DNA from: the human T2T-CHM13v2.0 reference genome, Homo sapiens
Strand: one strand, 5' to 3'
Assembly (NCBI RefSeq): GCF_009914755.1
Contig: NC_060930.1
DNA length: 64,000 bases
Below are positions 61,987 through 64,000 of the stretch, in pieces. The position numbers and the translations under genes were made by a program. How positions within the stretch are numbered: the first letter of the stretch is position 1; the number at the start of each line of letters is the position of its first letter. The notes below the pieces were generated by a model. That model ran no database searches and had not been told where the DNA came from. It saw only the letters and a list, made by a program, of their open reading frames with translations.

Positions 61987-62124
61987 ATGAACACAGAAGA
62001 GCTGGAGTTATTGAGTGACTCCAAATACAGAAACTATGTAGCAGCAATTGACAAAGCACTAAAGAATTTTGAATACTCCAGTGAATGGGCAGATTTGATA
62101 TCAGCACTTGGAAAACTTAATAAG
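61987..62124 (+). CDS. DOP1A: DOP1A first coding segment ([46 protein letters not shown]); exon spans 61934-62124
   Basis: Dopey N-terminal motif EWADLISAL; acceptor ttttgtag| at 61933; donor AAG|GTATGT at 62124; 46 whole codons. Confidence 0.96.
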
Positions 62125-62823
62125 GTATGTCTGTATTATCCATTTCATAAAAGGAGTAAAAATTAGAAATCTGTGTTTGTACTTGTTAGATTTCTCGAAA
62201 TCTTGAAGTAAGAATGCAAAAACATAAATGAACCTTAGATTACTCTTGGTAGTGCTATTTTTCTTCATGAGTTGCATGCCTGTGTAGTCAAGCATATTAA
62301 GGCTTTGGAAGTTTTAATTCAAAGAAATAACAATGCTTGAAAAATATAGTTATCGCCATGATTATCAGCTATAAAAACAGAAGAGAAGGAAGCAAATATG
62401 CTAACTATGAGGGCTAGTAAATTTCTGTAATGGAGCATCAGATATGGTGCTGGAATTCCTGGCAGCAAAATGAAAACCTACAAATGGAAAGCAGTAATTC
62501 CTGTGTTCTTTCCAAATGATATATAGCAACAAGGAAACATTTTCTATCCTGGCAAGCTATAGTTATAATTTGGTACTTTTTACAAAGGCGAGTATATACA
62601 AGCAGTTGCTTACGCCTTGCAGCTTGTCCTTGAGTAATTCTTCTTGAGACATGTCTGGTTTTTATTCAGTTATTGTTGTGGCATCATTGATCAACCTCTG
62701 GCGCTTCATTTTGACCTTTTTATTTTTTAAACATCAATTTTTTTTACTGCATACCCATAGTTAAGGTTTTTTTTAAATTGTTATTGAATGGGAGTGTTTC
62801 TAAATATTAAAGAGGTTACATAG

Positions 62824-63193
<370 letters not shown>

Positions 63194-63254
63194 TATCAAA
63201 TAGCTTAACATACAAATTAGGAAAGAAGTTTGTCTTAAAATACATACTAAGATG

Positions 63255-64000
63255 TGTGGGGGAAGAAAACACAGATAGTTTTTCCTCTGCTCTCACCACG
63301 ACAATCAATGCAGAAGATTTCTATAACCCTAAAACAAGTGGTTATTTCTCCCTTACCAGCAAGCAAGCAGTTCTACAGTAGATACCAGCTGGATGTGCTG
63401 CAGTTCAATTTGGACACTATCTACCTGGAGATAGTATCAGATCCCACAGGTTGAGGGCTGAGCCTCATAAGACTGTCCTCCTGTTTTGATGCCAATCACA
63501 AGCCCTAGTTTGTTTTACCTGTGCTTCTGATCAACTGGCTATAAAGTTCCACAATCCTTTCTTTAGCTTTAATTTGCTAGAGCGGCTCACAGAGCTTAGG
63601 GTACTGGTTCATTATAAAGGACATTACAAAGGATACAAGTGAAGAGATGCATAGTGTGAGGTATGGGTGAAGGGACGTAGAACTTTCATGCCCTCCTCAG
63701 GAGTGCCACCCTCCAGGAACCTCCGCATGTGTTCAGCTGGCCTGGACACTCTCTAATCATCCTTTTGGGCCTTTTGAGACTTCATTGGATAGGCATGATT
63801 GAAGCATGGACAGCTGTGTAGAAATGTGATAGGAAAGAAAAGATATGATGTAATACTAACAGACTAAGTGGGGGAACCCAGCAAGGCCCGTCTGTCAGAT
63901 TTTTCTTGGCCTCTCTACAGCATTCCTTCCTTCTGGGTATGGGGCAGGACCCCTTCTGAAATGGGGGTCTTTGACCTACAATGAGACCAAGTAGTCCAGA
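63255..64000. mobile_element. MER21-like LTR, runs off window
   Basis: gacactatctacctggagatagtatcagatcccacaggttgagggct and tgtgcttctgatcaactggctataaa motifs. Confidence 0.7.

Overview
Primate, almost certainly human, genomic DNA that I recognise as the head-to-head UBE3D / DOP1A locus (chr6q14). The minus strand carries the first five coding exons of UBE3D (ATG at 30723; exons 30723-30647, 23027-22831, 19242-19152, 9630-9399, 3456-3387). All have GT-AG boundaries and join in phase into one open frame of 222 codons, and the gene continues past the left edge. The plus strand carries DOP1A (DOPEY1): a non-coding first exon in a second CpG island (donor at 32784), a ~29 kb first intron, a non-coding exon (61740-61832) and the first coding exon (61934-62124, ATG 61987). 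The rest is intron, rich in Alu/FAM/FLAM, L1, L2, MIR, MaLR/ERV LTRs and Tigger/hAT DNA-transposon relics, and nearly all ORFs in the supplied track are repeat-derived or chance. I see no prokaryote-type system and no new protein-coding gene. The best leads are: (1) a possible post-transcriptional control layer on both genes (a 64-nt poison exon and a stop-introducing alternative donor in UBE3D; three uORFs and a recursive-splice-type AG|GT start exon in DOP1A); (2) two local templated-copy rearrangements in DOP1A intron 1, one with Alu insertions at the same homologous site in both copies; (3) divergent CTCF motifs around the two promoters and a paired RFX X-box element. Repeat subfamily names and boundaries are by eye and approximate.
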